From positions 256,001 to 320,000 of the forward strand of contig JAYFMW010000003.1 in assembly GCA_042408215.1 (NCBI GenBank): a stretch of DNA of 64,000 nucleotides, read 5' to 3'. Under the pieces are notes generated by a model, which searched no databases, was not told where the DNA came from, and was given only the letters and a program-made list of their open reading frames with translations. Shown in pieces: positions 53,738 through 64,000 of this stretch. Origin of the DNA: Microcoleus sp. (GTDB lineage Bacteria; Cyanobacteriota; Cyanobacteriia; Cyanobacteriales; Microcoleaceae). Position numbers and translations under genes: made by a program. Every line of letters begins with the position of its first letter. Position 1 is the first letter of the stretch.

Positions 53738-54406
53738 ATGTCTGAATCCCGAAGACTTGAGGAAGCCGTAGACTTTGCCGACAATCCAGAGCCGCGCTGT
53801 CCCTGTATCCTGTTGCTAGACGTTTCCGGCTCTATGGGCGGCGCACCCATTAATGCCTTAAATGAGGGATTACGCATCTTCAGAGACGAGCTGAATCAAG
53901 ATGGCTTAACCAAGAAGCGCGTTGAAGTAGCTATTGTTACCTTTGAGAGTACAGTAAAGGTGGTTCAGGATTTTGTAACTGTCGATCGGTTTCAGCCACC
54001 AACCCTAGAAGTAGGAGGAGCAACATATATGGGAGCTGGAATTGACAAAGCTTTAGACATTCTTCACGCCCGCAAAGCCTTATATAAGGCGAATGCAATC
54101 GATTATTATCGCCCTTGGGTATTTATGATTACAGATGGTGAACCCAGTGACAATGATGTTGTCAATCGGGCGGCCCAACGGATTCGGGATGAGGAAGCTA
54201 GAAAAAAAGTTGCTTTCTTTGCTGTGGGTGTAGAAGGGGTGAATATGACGCGCCTCAGTCAAATTGTCGTCCGCCCACCTATGAAGTTAACAGGGCTGAA
54301 TTTTCAGGAGATGTTCCAATGGCTGTCAGCTAGTATGAGTGGAGTATCTCATTCTCAATTAGATGAACAAGTTCCCCTGCAAAAGCCCGGATGGGGTTCT
54401 GTTTGA
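53738..54406 (+). CDS. TerY-like vWA domain protein, copy 2
   Basis: DVSGSM MIDAS; same motifs as copy 1. Confidence 0.92.
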   Translation: MSESRRLEEAVDFADNPEPRCPCILLLDVSGSMGGAPINALNEGLRIFRDELNQDGLTKKRVEVAIVTFESTVKVVQDFVTVDRFQPPTLEVGGATYMGAGIDKALDILHARKALYKANAIDYYRPWVFMITDGEPSDNDVVNRAAQRIRDEEARKKVAFFAVGVEGVNMTRLSQIVVRPPMKLTGLNFQEMFQWLSASMSGVSHSQLDEQVPLQKPGWGSV

Positions 54407-54537
54407 TGAAGTACGAAGTTTAGTTTAAGCCGATCGCATCCCATATTTAAAATCTTTTTCAGCGGAGGTACCAAGCCGAATTTTATTTTAAATTAAGGAA
54501 GATGTTTTGGTAATCCACCGCGTCAAACATCGAAAAC
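54406..54537 (+). pseudogene. RelE/ParE-like toxin remnant (stops, internal deletion)
   Basis: MKYEV*FKP...SRILFKIK/EDVLVIHRVKHRK. Confidence 0.6.
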
Positions 54538-54660
54538 TGGACTTAAGCATGGGATTCCAGAAACCGGGTTTTTTACGAAAAAACTTTGTTATAGCATCGT
54601 AGATTCAGTAAAAACCCGGTTTCTTCGGTCGGGGTGCGTCCAAAACCGGAGGAAATATCG

Positions 54661-54858
54661 ATGATTCCGTTACATCCTCAGTTTATTACCAAAAACGGTA
54701 AAAAAGAATTTGCAGTGATACCTTACCAAGAATTTGCAGCACTGCAAGCATTAATTGCTGATATGGAAGATTTGATGGATTTGAGAGCGGCAAAAGAGGA
54801 AGATGCAGATCGACCTTCTGTGCCGTTAGCAGAGGTGAAAAAAATGTTAGGATTGTAG
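54661..54858 (+). CDS. Type II antitoxin-like small protein (Phd/YefM-like)
   Basis: FITKNGKKEFAVIPYQEF...EDLMDLRAAK...VPLAEVKKMLGL; GGAGG RBS. Confidence 0.75.
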   Translation: MIPLHPQFITKNGKKEFAVIPYQEFAALQALIADMEDLMDLRAAKEEDADRPSVPLAEVKKMLGL

Positions 54859-54880
54859 AGGGTTGTGGTGGGGAATTAGT

Positions 54881-57199
54881 ATGCAAGTCAAGCGTCAGTC
54901 TGATGGACAAGTGATTAATCTGGGGTCTGAGATAGCTCGTGGTGGTGAAGGGGCAATTCACCCATACCCTCCAGATGCGTCACTGGTGGCAAAAGTCTAT
55001 CACGCCAACAAGCTAAAAGATATTGATAGTGACAAACTTCGAGTAATGTTGACTAACCCCCCTGATGACTCAGTAAAAAAAGATCACGGGTGTGTCTCGA
55101 TTGCTTGGCCGGTTGATTTACTACTTTCTATTAATAGTAGTCAGTCAATCATTGGCTTCCTCATGCCGCGAGTGTCGATGCAGCAAGTGCGACCCATCCA
55201 CGATTACTACAGCCGTAAAACTCGCCGTGAGAAAAATCTCGGTTTTAATTACCTCTCCTTGCACCGCACGGCGCGAAACTTTGCAGCCGCGATGAGTGCT
55301 TTACACGCGAAACAGTATGTCATTGGCGATGTGAATGAGTCGAATATCTTGGTTTATGACACAGCGATGGTAACGCTGGTAGATACGGACTCTTTTCAAG
55401 TTCGCGATTCCCAACGGGGTAAAGTTTATCGCTGTCGGGTGGGGAAACCAGAGTACACGCCGCCGGAACTTCAGGGTCAAAAGTTTGCAGATTATGACCG
55501 CACGCCGGAACATGATTTGTTTGGGTTAGGGGTGTTGATTTTTCAGTTATTGATGGAAGGGACACACCCTTTTGTGGGAGTGTATCAAGGAAGTGGAGAA
55601 CCACCACCAACGGAGAAGCGGATTTTAGCAGGGCATTTTCCCCACGGAACCAAGAAAGTGCCTTATAACCATAAGCCAATGGCACTACCGTTTGAGGTGT
55701 TGCATCCAACGCTGCGGCAGTTGTTTGTATGCTGTTTTGAGGATGGGCACAGTAAGCCCCAAGCGCGACCTGATGCTCGGACTTGGATGAAGGCATTAGA
55801 TGAAGCAGAAAAAGCTTTGGTGAGTTGTGGGGTAAATTCTGAGCATCGGTATGGAGGACATTTGAGCGATTGTCCTTGGTGTGAGAGGAAAAAACAACTC
55901 AAAGGAATCGATCCATTTCCGGCAATGTCAGGGGGACAATCTCATATTCCTGTCCAAATCCCTTTGCCCCCTGCAAGCAAATCCAAACCTGTCACTTCGC
56001 CGACACCTACTCTGACTCCTGCTCCTACCGCGATTCCTTATCAGCCGATTCCTACCGCAACACCTACACCTCCATCTGGGAATATCCCTTCACCTAACAC
56101 CACAAGGCGCACTTTTTTAGAATTGGCGGGTTTTGCCGGAGGCGGGTTTATTGTTGCTGTGCTGAGTCAAACTCTTTGGAATAAATCTACTCCTTCTGCT
56201 AATAACCCATCTCCATCGCGATCGTCTAACCAGTCAGCATCTCCTTCATTATCCCCAGACGAGCGGCTACCGGAAAACCCATCGTCAACACCCTCAAATT
56301 CCTTAAAAACATTTCAATTTCAAACAGTAACGGTTAATTCCACCGGGCAAATCGCCAACACCCGCCAAGAAGAAGCCAAGTTTTTTACAGAAAATCTCCC
56401 CGGTGGTATCACTATAGACATGATCGCGATTGCTGGGGGCAGTTTCGTGATGGGTTCCCCCAGTACAGAAAAAGAGCGAGAAGACAATGAAGGGCCACAG
56501 CATAATGTCACTGTAGCCCCTTTTTTTATGGGAAAATATGAAGTGACTCAGGCTCAGTGGCGTGCAGTAGCAGGTTTACCGAAAGTAAATATTGACCTCA
56601 ATCCTAGTCCATCCAATTTCAAAGGCGATGATTTGCCCGTTGAGCAGGTTTCTTGGTACGAGACAGTAGAAGCTTGCGCGAGGTTATCTCGATTAACAGG
56701 GCGTGATTATCGCTTACCGAGTGAAGCGGAATGGGAGTATGCCTGTAGAGCAGGTACGACAACGCCTTTTTACTTTGGAGAAACAATTACCTCCGACTTA
56801 GTTAATTGTGATGGCAATGATTCTTACGGTGCTGCACCCAAGGGAATCTATCGTGAGAAGACAACAGATGTAGGCACTTTTCCCCCTAATGCCTTTGGTT
56901 TATACGATATGCACGGCAACGTCTGGGAATGGTGCGCTGATCCTTGGCACGGTAATTATAATGGCGCACCTACCGATGGAAGTGTCTGGGATAAAAAAGA
57001 TAATGATAATCGTTATCAAAAAAGCATTGATTTATTAATCATGTCAAGAAATGATGACAGAAGACGGCTGCTGCGCGGCGGCTCGTGTTTCAAGTATCCG
57101 CAGATTTGCCGCTCGGCCATTCGCGGCCTTCATGAGCCGGACAACCGCTACAACACCTTCGGCTTTCGTTTTGTCTGTGTGTGGCTGCGTGGACTATAG
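54881..57199 (+). CDS. TerY-P-type (YegI-like) protein kinase, Pro-rich linker, TM, and FGE-sulfatase/C-type lectin domain
   Basis: RGGEGAI, AKVYH, IAWPVD, GFLMP, IGDVNESN, LVDTDSFQ, C.VG.PEYTPPEL, THPF, CPWC; then F.MGS, KYEVTQAQW, RLPSEAEWEYACRAG, NAFGLYDMHGNVWEWC, RGGS, GFR. Confidence 0.9.
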   Translation: MQVKRQSDGQVINLGSEIARGGEGAIHPYPPDASLVAKVYHANKLKDIDSDKLRVMLTNPPDDSVKKDHGCVSIAWPVDLLLSINSSQSIIGFLMPRVSMQQVRPIHDYYSRKTRREKNLGFNYLSLHRTARNFAAAMSALHAKQYVIGDVNESNILVYDTAMVTLVDTDSFQVRDSQRGKVYRCRVGKPEYTPPELQGQKFADYDRTPEHDLFGLGVLIFQLLMEGTHPFVGVYQGSGEPPPTEKRILAGHFPHGTKKVPYNHKPMALPFEVLHPTLRQLFVCCFEDGHSKPQARPDARTWMKALDEAEKALVSCGVNSEHRYGGHLSDCPWCERKKQLKGIDPFPAMSGGQSHIPVQIPLPPASKSKPVTSPTPTLTPAPTAIPYQPIPTATPTPPSGNIPSPNTTRRTFLELAGFAGGGFIVAVLSQTLWNKSTPSANNPSPSRSSNQSASPSLSPDERLPENPSSTPSNSLKTFQFQTVTVNSTGQIANTRQEEAKFFTENLPGGITIDMIAIAGGSFVMGSPSTEKEREDNEGPQHNVTVAPFFMGKYEVTQAQWRAVAGLPKVNIDLNPSPSNFKGDDLPVEQVSWYETVEACARLSRLTGRDYRLPSEAEWEYACRAGTTTPFYFGETITSDLVNCDGNDSYGAAPKGIYREKTTDVGTFPPNAFGLYDMHGNVWEWCADPWHGNYNGAPTDGSVWDKKDNDNRYQKSIDLLIMSRNDDRRRLLRGGSCFKYPQICRSAIRGLHEPDNRYNTFGFRFVCVWLRGL

Positions 57200-57423
57200 C
57201 ACTTGACACTTTTGCCCTTTTGTGCTATGCACTTCTTTCTTTTACAGTTGGGTTGTCGGCAGAGGCGACTCGATTTATTTTCGCTCAAATCACTGTTGAG
57301 ACTGCTAAGTAGTAGGGTTCGTCGCCCGAAACAATCTGTAAATCAAATCAACAATCTCACAGCGACGTACCGCGAGAGTAAGTCATATCAAATCCGTCAG
57401 CATCCGCCCTTCACCTGCAATCG

Positions 57424-57627
57424 CTATATCTTTCTCACCGCCGTGTCCAACTCAACCATAAAAGGTTTACTGGTAACAGGTGAAGCTAACACAACTGCTG
57501 GATAATGCCCCACAGGAGGGTGCATAATTTCTCGATCGCCCAACACAGGAACTTCTACCGTATCAACTCCCGTAATAGTTTTTCTGAGCTTTACTACCCT
57601 GATTTTTTCGTGTCGAGAACCTAGCAT
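57424..57627 (-). pseudogene. Hypothetical protein, probably a frameshifted remnant
   Basis: GGAGG RBS before the ATG; coding-like sequence continues in another frame past the stop. Confidence 0.35.
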
Positions 57628-57669
57628 AAAATAACCTCCTCTGTCAAGTATGAGATTAATACTTTTACT

Positions 57670-58461
57670 TTAAGCTTCCGGTTCAATTCCGAGCGATCGC
57701 AATTGTGCAGCTAATCGATCGCCTCGCTGGCGTTCTCTCTCCGATTGTGCTGCTAATCGATCGCCTCGCTGGCGTTCTCTCTCAGCGCGTTCTTCACCTA
57801 TTAACAACAGATTTCCTTGCAAATCCCACCAGCGCAGCCACGGCAATTCTACATTGAGATATTCGCCTTGCCAAATTCCCAACTCAACTCCCATTTGACT
57901 AATTGGGTAGTGTCCCCGTTCATTGGCAGCTAATAATTCAAAGCCATTTTCAACTAAATGATACAATTCAATGCTAGCTTTTTGAACTTCATAAATGCCG
58001 TAAAATGCCGGACGAATCACCTGTTCGTAAATCCAAAACTTGCCCGCTTTGCGATCGCCTTCATTGTCAGAAGAAGACAAAGGAGTATTGTCTCGTTCTT
58101 CTGAACCGTCCCCCGAAACAAATTCTAATATAATTAACGGCGCAACATATTCTTGCCACAACACGTAAGAACGCCGCATTTGACCATTCAATGCAGGCGG
58201 TACGTTAGGCACATAAAACCAGTCTGGCGCTTCTGCACCTCGCTCAAGCGGCTCAGTCAGTCGCCAGTAAATACCCGAATCTTGACCAATGCAGTATTGT
58301 CCATCGGGATGCAATTGCTGCAATACAGGTTTAATTGAATCAGTTAACAGTATGCTTTGAGGATGTTCTTGGAGATTTTTCACAAAAGTGCCGTCAGAGT
58401 CAGGTAATTGAGTGTGGTCTGGCAGAGTTAGACTTAATTTTGGGGCGGCAGTAAAAGTCAT
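57670..58461 (-). CDS. Uma2 family endonuclease-fold protein
   Basis: LPDHTQLPDSDG..VKN.QEHPQ, APDWFYVP, ILEFVS, WLRWWD. Confidence 0.92.
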   Translation of the reverse strand: MTFTAAPKLSLTLPDHTQLPDSDGTFVKNLQEHPQSILLTDSIKPVLQQLHPDGQYCIGQDSGIYWRLTEPLERGAEAPDWFYVPNVPPALNGQMRRSYVLWQEYVAPLIILEFVSGDGSEERDNTPLSSSDNEGDRKAGKFWIYEQVIRPAFYGIYEVQKASIELYHLVENGFELLAANERGHYPISQMGVELGIWQGEYLNVELPWLRWWDLQGNLLLIGEERAERERQRGDRLAAQSERERQRGDRLAAQLRSLGIEPEA

Positions 58462-58550
58462 ATTATGTCCGGTTGATTTGTTCGTTGAGAATCCGCTGCT
58501 CAGTAATTAATCCGTTAAATCAGTTACAAAATCTCTGAGAGTGCCTGACT

Positions 58551-60269
58551 TCATACTTGCATAGTCACCCGTTCCGGGAGGCTGACAATAAAAGTTGAAC
58601 CTTTACCATCCTGACTTTCCACACTAATTTCGCCGCCGAGAATTTGACACAAACGTTGGCTAATTGTCAAGCCCAAACCAGTACCTCCGTACTTGCGGGT
58701 AGTCGAGACATCAGCTTGAGTAAAAGGTTTGAATATCTGCTGCAATTGCTCGTCCGTCATCCCAATGCCGGTGTCGCTGACTCGAAAGATTAAAACTTGA
58801 GAATTGTAATTTAAGCTCGATAAAAGTTCATCATTATTTTTACTATGTTTAGTTGGTTTTGTTTTTTGATTTTTAATTCTTTCTACCCCAATAGTAATGA
58901 CACCTGCTTCGGTGAATTTGGCAGCGTTGCTGAGCAAGTTGAGGAGAATTTGCCGCACTTTTGGCTGGTCGGCGTACATCATACCGAGTTCGCCTTGGGT
59001 TTTTAATGCTAAAGCATTGCCTTTTTTTTCTACTAGCGGTTGAGCCGTGGTCATCACTTCTTCAATCATTTTTGCTACGTCGAAGTTTTCTAAATAAAGG
59101 GTGACGTGACCGGCTTCAATTTTAGAAATATCCAGGATGTCGCTAATCATATCCAGCAGGTGTTTTCCTGCGGTTTGAATTCTTTCTAAGTCGGGGAGAA
59201 AGTCTTCTGAACCGGAATCTTGAGCATCTTCTTGCAGCATTTCACTGTAATTAATGATCGCATTTAGAGGGGTGCGAAGTTCGTGGCTCATGTTAGCTAA
59301 AAATGCACTTTTGGAGCGGTTGGCTGCTTCGGCTGCTATTTTTGCTTCCTGCAAGTCTTCTGTATATTCTGCTACCCGCTGAATGAGTTCGTTGAGCGAA
59401 ATTGTGAGCATTCCTACTTCGTCGGAAGTAGTGACGGGTGCTTGTAGGTCAAAGTTGGATTCTTCGGTAACTCGCTGGGCGATGAGGGTGGTGGCTTCTA
59501 GGGGGCGGGCGATCGCACGGCTGGTGTATACCGCTAGAATTGCTGCGATCGCCGCTGATATGAAGAGAGAACCGATCAGAATTAGAGTTCCGAGTTGTTC
59601 TGCTTTCTCGTAGGTTCTAAATGCCTCGTCTGCTTTGTCCCGAAAACTGGTGGCTAGTTGGGCACAATCCTGGGAAAACTTTTCGAGTTTAAAAGCGTTG
59701 TTGCTAGTGACAAAATTGTTTAAGTTCCGCTGAAAATCTTGTCGCTGTTTCGGGTTCAAACCAGATAATTTCGCATTCCCCAACAGTTTCTGGACTTGTT
59801 GAAAATAAGCTTCTACTATTTTATTGTTGGCTTTAGCGAACACTTGAATCTGTTGGTAGTCTCTAGCAACTGCGGGATTTGAAGTCGGCGGGAGGCTTTG
59901 TAGTTGTTCGAGTTGTCCGCTCATCTGAGCCACGCGAGTCAGAAAGTCCGATCGTTCGCGATCGAAAATTTGCGGTTTTGTCGTCAGACTCACCAGCAAA
60001 AACTGGTGAATTCTGACTTCCTGGGCGGTATTATTGAGGTTGGTCAGGATTTCGGCTTTGTCCCGGTCGATCGCCAGTTTTTCTCTAACTTGCTGTTTGT
60101 AATAGGATTCTACTCCCCGTCCCGCCACAGCGCCCAAAATGGCAACACTAATGACCAAGGCGTATCCGCAGCCGATTTTCTGCCTGATACCCAAGCGACT
60201 GAACAGACCTCTCAACCCTATTCTATGAGGGTTCTGGAGTTTATTTTTCAAGATTAAGGTTAAAGACAT
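58551..60269 (-). CDS. Two-TM HAMP sensor histidine kinase
   Basis: [37 protein letters not shown]. Confidence 0.95.
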   Translation of the reverse strand: MSLTLILKNKLQNPHRIGLRGLFSRLGIRQKIGCGYALVISVAILGAVAGRGVESYYKQQVREKLAIDRDKAEILTNLNNTAQEVRIHQFLLVSLTTKPQIFDRERSDFLTRVAQMSGQLEQLQSLPPTSNPAVARDYQQIQVFAKANNKIVEAYFQQVQKLLGNAKLSGLNPKQRQDFQRNLNNFVTSNNAFKLEKFSQDCAQLATSFRDKADEAFRTYEKAEQLGTLILIGSLFISAAIAAILAVYTSRAIARPLEATTLIAQRVTEESNFDLQAPVTTSDEVGMLTISLNELIQRVAEYTEDLQEAKIAAEAANRSKSAFLANMSHELRTPLNAIINYSEMLQEDAQDSGSEDFLPDLERIQTAGKHLLDMISDILDISKIEAGHVTLYLENFDVAKMIEEVMTTAQPLVEKKGNALALKTQGELGMMYADQPKVRQILLNLLSNAAKFTEAGVITIGVERIKNQKTKPTKHSKNNDELLSSLNYNSQVLIFRVSDTGIGMTDEQLQQIFKPFTQADVSTTRKYGGTGLGLTISQRLCQILGGEISVESQDGKGSTFIVSLPERVTMQV

Positions 60270-60433
60270 GGGCAATGTACTCGTTACCCAGAAAGGCACT
60301 ATATATATTGTAAGTGATGCCTGCCTGACGGTAAATAGAGTTGTTAATCCCACACCTGATTTCGTCAGTTATGGGTCTTTGCATAAGTCCGCCACCTTCT
60401 CTACTTGACAGTTTGCATAAGTTATGAATGCAG

Positions 60434-60530
60434 TTAACTGTTAACTGTTAACTGTTAATCGTTGACTGTTGACTGTTAACCGTTGACTGTTAACTGTTAA
60501 CTGTTGACTGTTGACTGTTAACCGTTGACG
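60434..60530. repeat. Heptamer repeats (TGTTAAC/TGTTGAC)n
   Basis: Seen directly. Confidence 0.85.
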
Positions 60531-60586
60531 GTGAAATCCCCCGCACTTTAGTCCAGCGTATGAGCTTAAAAGTTGTAACTTTTCCT

Positions 60587-61108
60587 CTACTGGCAAAGTC
60601 GAAATTGTGCTAACTCAGCAGGAATTTTTGAAGCGTTAGGCACATTAGCAGAGGTAGGAACGAAGATTCCCATACCGAAACTGCAACCCTCTGCATTCGT
60701 GCATTCACCCGGTTTAGCAGTGATTTGATATTCGCCTTGGGACGGGGGAGTAAAAGAGATTGTCGCGAGTTCGCCAGCCTTTTGACTCGCAGCGATTTCC
60801 TGGCCACTCGCATCCTTGAGAGTTAGGTTTAAGTCCTTGCAATTTCCGTCGCAAGTACCTACAAAAACATACTCCACATCAGGATGCAGTGTCGCTCTAA
60901 AAGGAGATGAAACTTGCTTACGAACAGTACCGAATAATGGCACAAATACTAATTTTTGACCGTTGCTTTTCCGCTGTTGAACCTCTGTTTTCAAGCGACA
61001 AATAACCGTTTTTTGCTCGTTGGTCAGTTCTTGAGCGATCGCATTTCCTACGATTACAGTACCGAGCAGCAGTGCAAGGCCGGAGATAGTCAGATGTTTG
61101 ATGTTCAT
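60587..61108 (-). CDS. Hypothetical secreted protein (PPC-like beta-sandwich)
   Basis: Signal peptide; [18 protein letters not shown] motif. Confidence 0.7.
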   Translation of the reverse strand: MNIKHLTISGLALLLGTVIVGNAIAQELTNEQKTVICRLKTEVQQRKSNGQKLVFVPLFGTVRKQVSSPFRATLHPDVEYVFVGTCDGNCKDLNLTLKDASGQEIAASQKAGELATISFTPPSQGEYQITAKPGECTNAEGCSFGMGIFVPTSANVPNASKIPAELAQFRLCQ

Positions 61109-61194
61109 CGATTGTCCCTCAAACTAATTTACGGGTGATTGCAATAGACTGCTTTTGCCAGCACTCTATTGTTATCTGGAGCCTACCACATTTA

Positions 61195-61452
61195 TTGGGA
61201 ATTGGGCATTGGGAATTGGGAATTGGGCATTGGGAATTGGGCATTGGGAATTGGGCATTGGGAATTGGGCATTGGGAATTGGGCATTGGGAATTGGGCAT
61301 TGGGGATTGGGAATTGGGCACTTGTGCTGAGCGTAGTCGAAGTACGAAGTCGAAGTATCGGAAATTGGGCATTGGTAAAGTCTCACAAATAACAAATAAC
61401 AAATCACAAATAACCAGTGACTAATGACTGCTGACTGATGACTAATGACTAA
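61195..61452. repeat. Long heptamer arrays (TTGGGAA/TTGGGCA)n and (ACTAATG)n
   Basis: About 18 units at 61195-61320. Confidence 0.92.
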
Positions 61453-61453
61453 A

Positions 61454-61988
61454 TCATTTCTTGCGAAAATCCCAAGCTGGAACAAACTTTGAATCTCCCC
61501 AAACGCCTCGGCGATTTTTCTTAGCTTCGGCTTCGGCTTGTTCCAGAATACTTGCACTCGGACATTTTTTCAAGTAAGGACGGTAGACCATTGCTAGTCC
61601 TTCGCGGGTCAAAAGTTCTTGTACAAATGTGCCGTTTTGCAAGCGAACTTCGCTGACTTGGCGGCCATAGCGATCGGTATCTGTGACGGTCAAAACTACC
61701 CGATCGCCTCCTTTTTTTACTAGCTGCTGTGTTCTTTGCAGCGCTAGCATTCCCCACTTAAATTGATTTTTTTGTGCAGATTCTTTGCTATTTTTTTCAG
61801 CATTTGTGTGGGGAATTTCCGGTGCATCTATGCAGGCAAAACGCACTTTGATATCTTTACCAGCAGCATCGCTGGCGACAAGAGTGTCGCCGTCGCTGAC
61901 TCGTTTTACAGCATAGTTATTCGCTGCGTACTTTTTGTGGACACCCGAATAGTAGCAATAGCATACTTACTGTAATCAAGCTTTTCAT
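61454..61988 (-). pseudogene. Thermonuclease (SNase) family lipoprotein, frameshifted after the signal peptide
   Basis: MKSLITVSMLLLLFGC lipobox is out of frame with VKRVSDGDTL...RFACIDAPE...DRYGRQV...EAKKNRRGVW. Confidence 0.8.
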
Positions 61989-62033
61989 TGTTTGGGAAAT
62001 TGTGATTTTTCTTTGACTCATCTTGCTCGGTTT

Positions 62034-64000
62034 TTATTTGGTTTCCATCCAATTTTTGCCCGCGTGGATGTCAACTATCAACGGTACACTGAGAGGCAGA
62101 GCATTTTCCATTGCATCTTTGATTTTCGGCTGCAATTCTTCCCATTCGTCGGGAGGTACTTCAAAGATTAATTCATCGTGAACTTGCAGCAGCAACCGCG
62201 CCTGATAGTTTTGCAAAACTTTGTTTACTTCAATCATGGCAAGTTTAATGATATCAGCACTGGAGCCTTGGATGGGAGCGTTTGCTGCTGCGCGCAAAGA
62301 TTGGGCATCATTTTTAGTCAGGGACTTAAGTCGATCGGGGTGGATTGCTTCGGGGTTAGTGCCTTTTAAGTCGCTGAGACGCTCGAAGTTTAAGTAACGG
62401 CGGCGGCCGAGTATTGTGGAAACATAGCCAAGGGCGATCGCCTCTTTTTTTACCTGCTCCAAATATTCAAAGACTTTACTGTAACGCTCGTTAAATCGTT
62501 GAATAAACTTTTTACCATCTGCTGCACTTTTCCCCATCGATTTGCCAAACTTAATCGCCCCCATACCATAAATTACCCCAAAATTAATCGTTTTGCCAAA
62601 CCGTCTTTCATCGGTTGTGATTTCCTGTTTTTCAAACAATAGCTGAGCTGTCACGGTATGCACATCTCGATTGTTTTGGTAAGCTTCTATTAACACAGGT
62701 TCTTGACTCAAATGAGCTAAAATCCGCAACTCGATTTGAGAATAGTCAGCCGACACCATCAACCAACCTGATTCTGGTAAAAAAGCCTTGCGAATTTGTC
62801 GCGAAAATTCCGTGCGGATGGGAATATTCTGCATATTGGGATTGGAAGAAGAAAGCCTTCCCGTACCTGTAGCAGCTTGGTTGAAATCTGTATGCACTCG
62901 CCCGGTATCTGCACGCACTAACTGCGGCAAAGCATCGACATAGGTTGATTTCAATTTGGATAATGTTCGGTGTTCTAATAAATCGTCTACAATCGGGTGA
63001 TCTCCTTGCAGTTTATCCAAAACAGCAGCGTCGGTAGAATATCCTGTTTTGGTTTTGCGAGACTTTTTCTGAAACTCATCGGGGATTTTTTCTAACAAGA
63101 TTTCGCTGAGTTGTTTTGGGGAACCTAAATTAAACTTTCTCCCCGCTGCTTGATAGGTGTTTTCTTCTAGTTGTGCTAATCTCTTTTCTAGCTGTTGTGA
63201 CAGTTCTTGCAGATAAGCTGAATTAATGCGAATGCCGCAATATTCCATTTCTGCTAAAATTGGTTCTAAAGGCTGTTCTACTTCTAGCAGCAACCGATGC
63301 AAAGACTTTGATGGGGGAGTGCGTAAGTCCTGTTTATCTAATTCTGCTCTAAGTTTATCTACTAATTGAAATGTGGTGTAAACATCCATGCCGCAGTATT
63401 CGGCTACTTCTCGAATGCTGATGTCAGCAATTGTTTGGTTTTTCGGCACTAATTCTTTGTAACTTTTGGCGACAATGCCTAAGTATTTCTTTGACAATTC
63501 GCTGAGACTGTGGCTGGTTTCTGGATTGAGTACATAACTGGCTAGCATGGTGTCGAAGACGACTCCTGTTAGTTTAATTCCTTGACAGCGCAGGATCGAT
63601 CGATCGAATTTAGCATTTTGCAGGGCTTTCGGATAATTCTCGCTTTCTAAAATCGGACGCAAAGCATTTAAAACTGTGGCTTTGTCTAAGTTTTTGCCCG
63701 TTTTATGTCCGGTGGGGATATAGGCTAAATCTTGTTCGCCTGTTCCCCAACAACAGCCAATTCCGACTAATTCGGCGTCTCGCGGTTCGAGGGCGGTGGT
63801 TTCGGTATCCCAGGCCACGGGTGTAGTTTTGTCGGTGCAGGTTTGCAGCAGTTGGACTAATTCGTTTAACTGTTCTATTGTTTGAATTATCCGGGGTTTG
63901 ATGGGTAATTGTTGCTGTTGCTGGGCGGCTTGGGTTTCTGCGAGAGTGTAAAACGATAATTCTTCTTCTGAATTTTCTAAAGTAACAGGCAAGATGCCTG
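62034..64000 (-). CDS. polA: DNA polymerase I, C-terminal part (starts beyond the window)
   Basis: WDTETT exonuclease motif, TGRLSSSNPN, ADYSQIELR, KTINFGVIYG, QGSSAD, QVHDEL. Confidence 0.97.
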   Translation of the reverse strand, partial: GILPVTLENSEEELSFYTLAETQAAQQQQQLPIKPRIIQTIEQLNELVQLLQTCTDKTTPVAWDTETTALEPRDAELVGIGCCWGTGEQDLAYIPTGHKTGKNLDKATVLNALRPILESENYPKALQNAKFDRSILRCQGIKLTGVVFDTMLASYVLNPETSHSLSELSKKYLGIVAKSYKELVPKNQTIADISIREVAEYCGMDVYTTFQLVDKLRAELDKQDLRTPPSKSLHRLLLEVEQPLEPILAEMEYCGIRINSAYLQELSQQLEKRLAQLEENTYQAAGRKFNLGSPKQLSEILLEKIPDEFQKKSRKTKTGYSTDAAVLDKLQGDHPIVDDLLEHRTLSKLKSTYVDALPQLVRADTGRVHTDFNQAATGTGRLSSSNPNMQNIPIRTEFSRQIRKAFLPESGWLMVSADYSQIELRILAHLSQEPVLIEAYQNNRDVHTVTAQLLFEKQEITTDERRFGKTINFGVIYGMGAIKFGKSMGKSAADGKKFIQRFNERYSKVFEYLEQVKKEAIALGYVSTILGRRRYLNFERLSDLKGTNPEAIHPDRLKSLTKNDAQSLRAAANAPIQGSSADIIKLAMIEVNKVLQNYQARLLLQVHDELIFEVPPDEWEELQPKIKDAMENALPLSVPLIVDIHAGKNWMETK

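Noticed and set aside
57060..58500. Complete DGR cassette
   Set aside because: No reverse transcriptase, avd or second copy of the variable region found in the window; only a possible remote target
61135..61557. Several ORFs with GIGHWEL/PNAQFP repeats
   Set aside because: Translation artefacts of heptamer tandem repeats; the same applies to the ORFs at 47853-48358

Overview
64-kb chromosomal segment of a filamentous cyanobacterium. Abundant HIP1 GCGATCGC, heptamer tandem repeats and REP/MITE families suggest Oscillatoriales (Microcoleus-like; inferred). Housekeeping genes (ilvE, frmA/fghA, fni, sppA, beta-carbonic anhydrase, ylqF, pgk, desA, thrC, purU, clpB, partial polA) are interspersed with accessory loci. 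These are: (i) a divergent pair of AAA_35-type ATPase genes around NfeD-SPFH-pilin genes with a 3x11-bp operator-like repeat; (ii) two decayed IS200/IS605 tnpB copies, one carrying a 299-bp non-autonomous IS605-type insert; (iii) a single-ORF DarT-DarG(macrodomain) fusion; (iv) a gene cluster of restriction-like nuclease-ParA plus two arginine-less ParB-like proteins, next to tandem Uma2 genes; (v) a TPR-CHAT protease with a DUF4384 partner, divergent from a DUF4407 membrane protein that has a slippery A9 tract; (vi) a duplicated TerY-vWA locus lacking the PP2C gene, whose kinase is fused to an FGE/C-lectin domain with a DGR-like variable region. No rRNA, tRNA, CRISPR array or reverse transcriptase was recognised. 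All family calls come from motif recognition by eye; no database searches were run.
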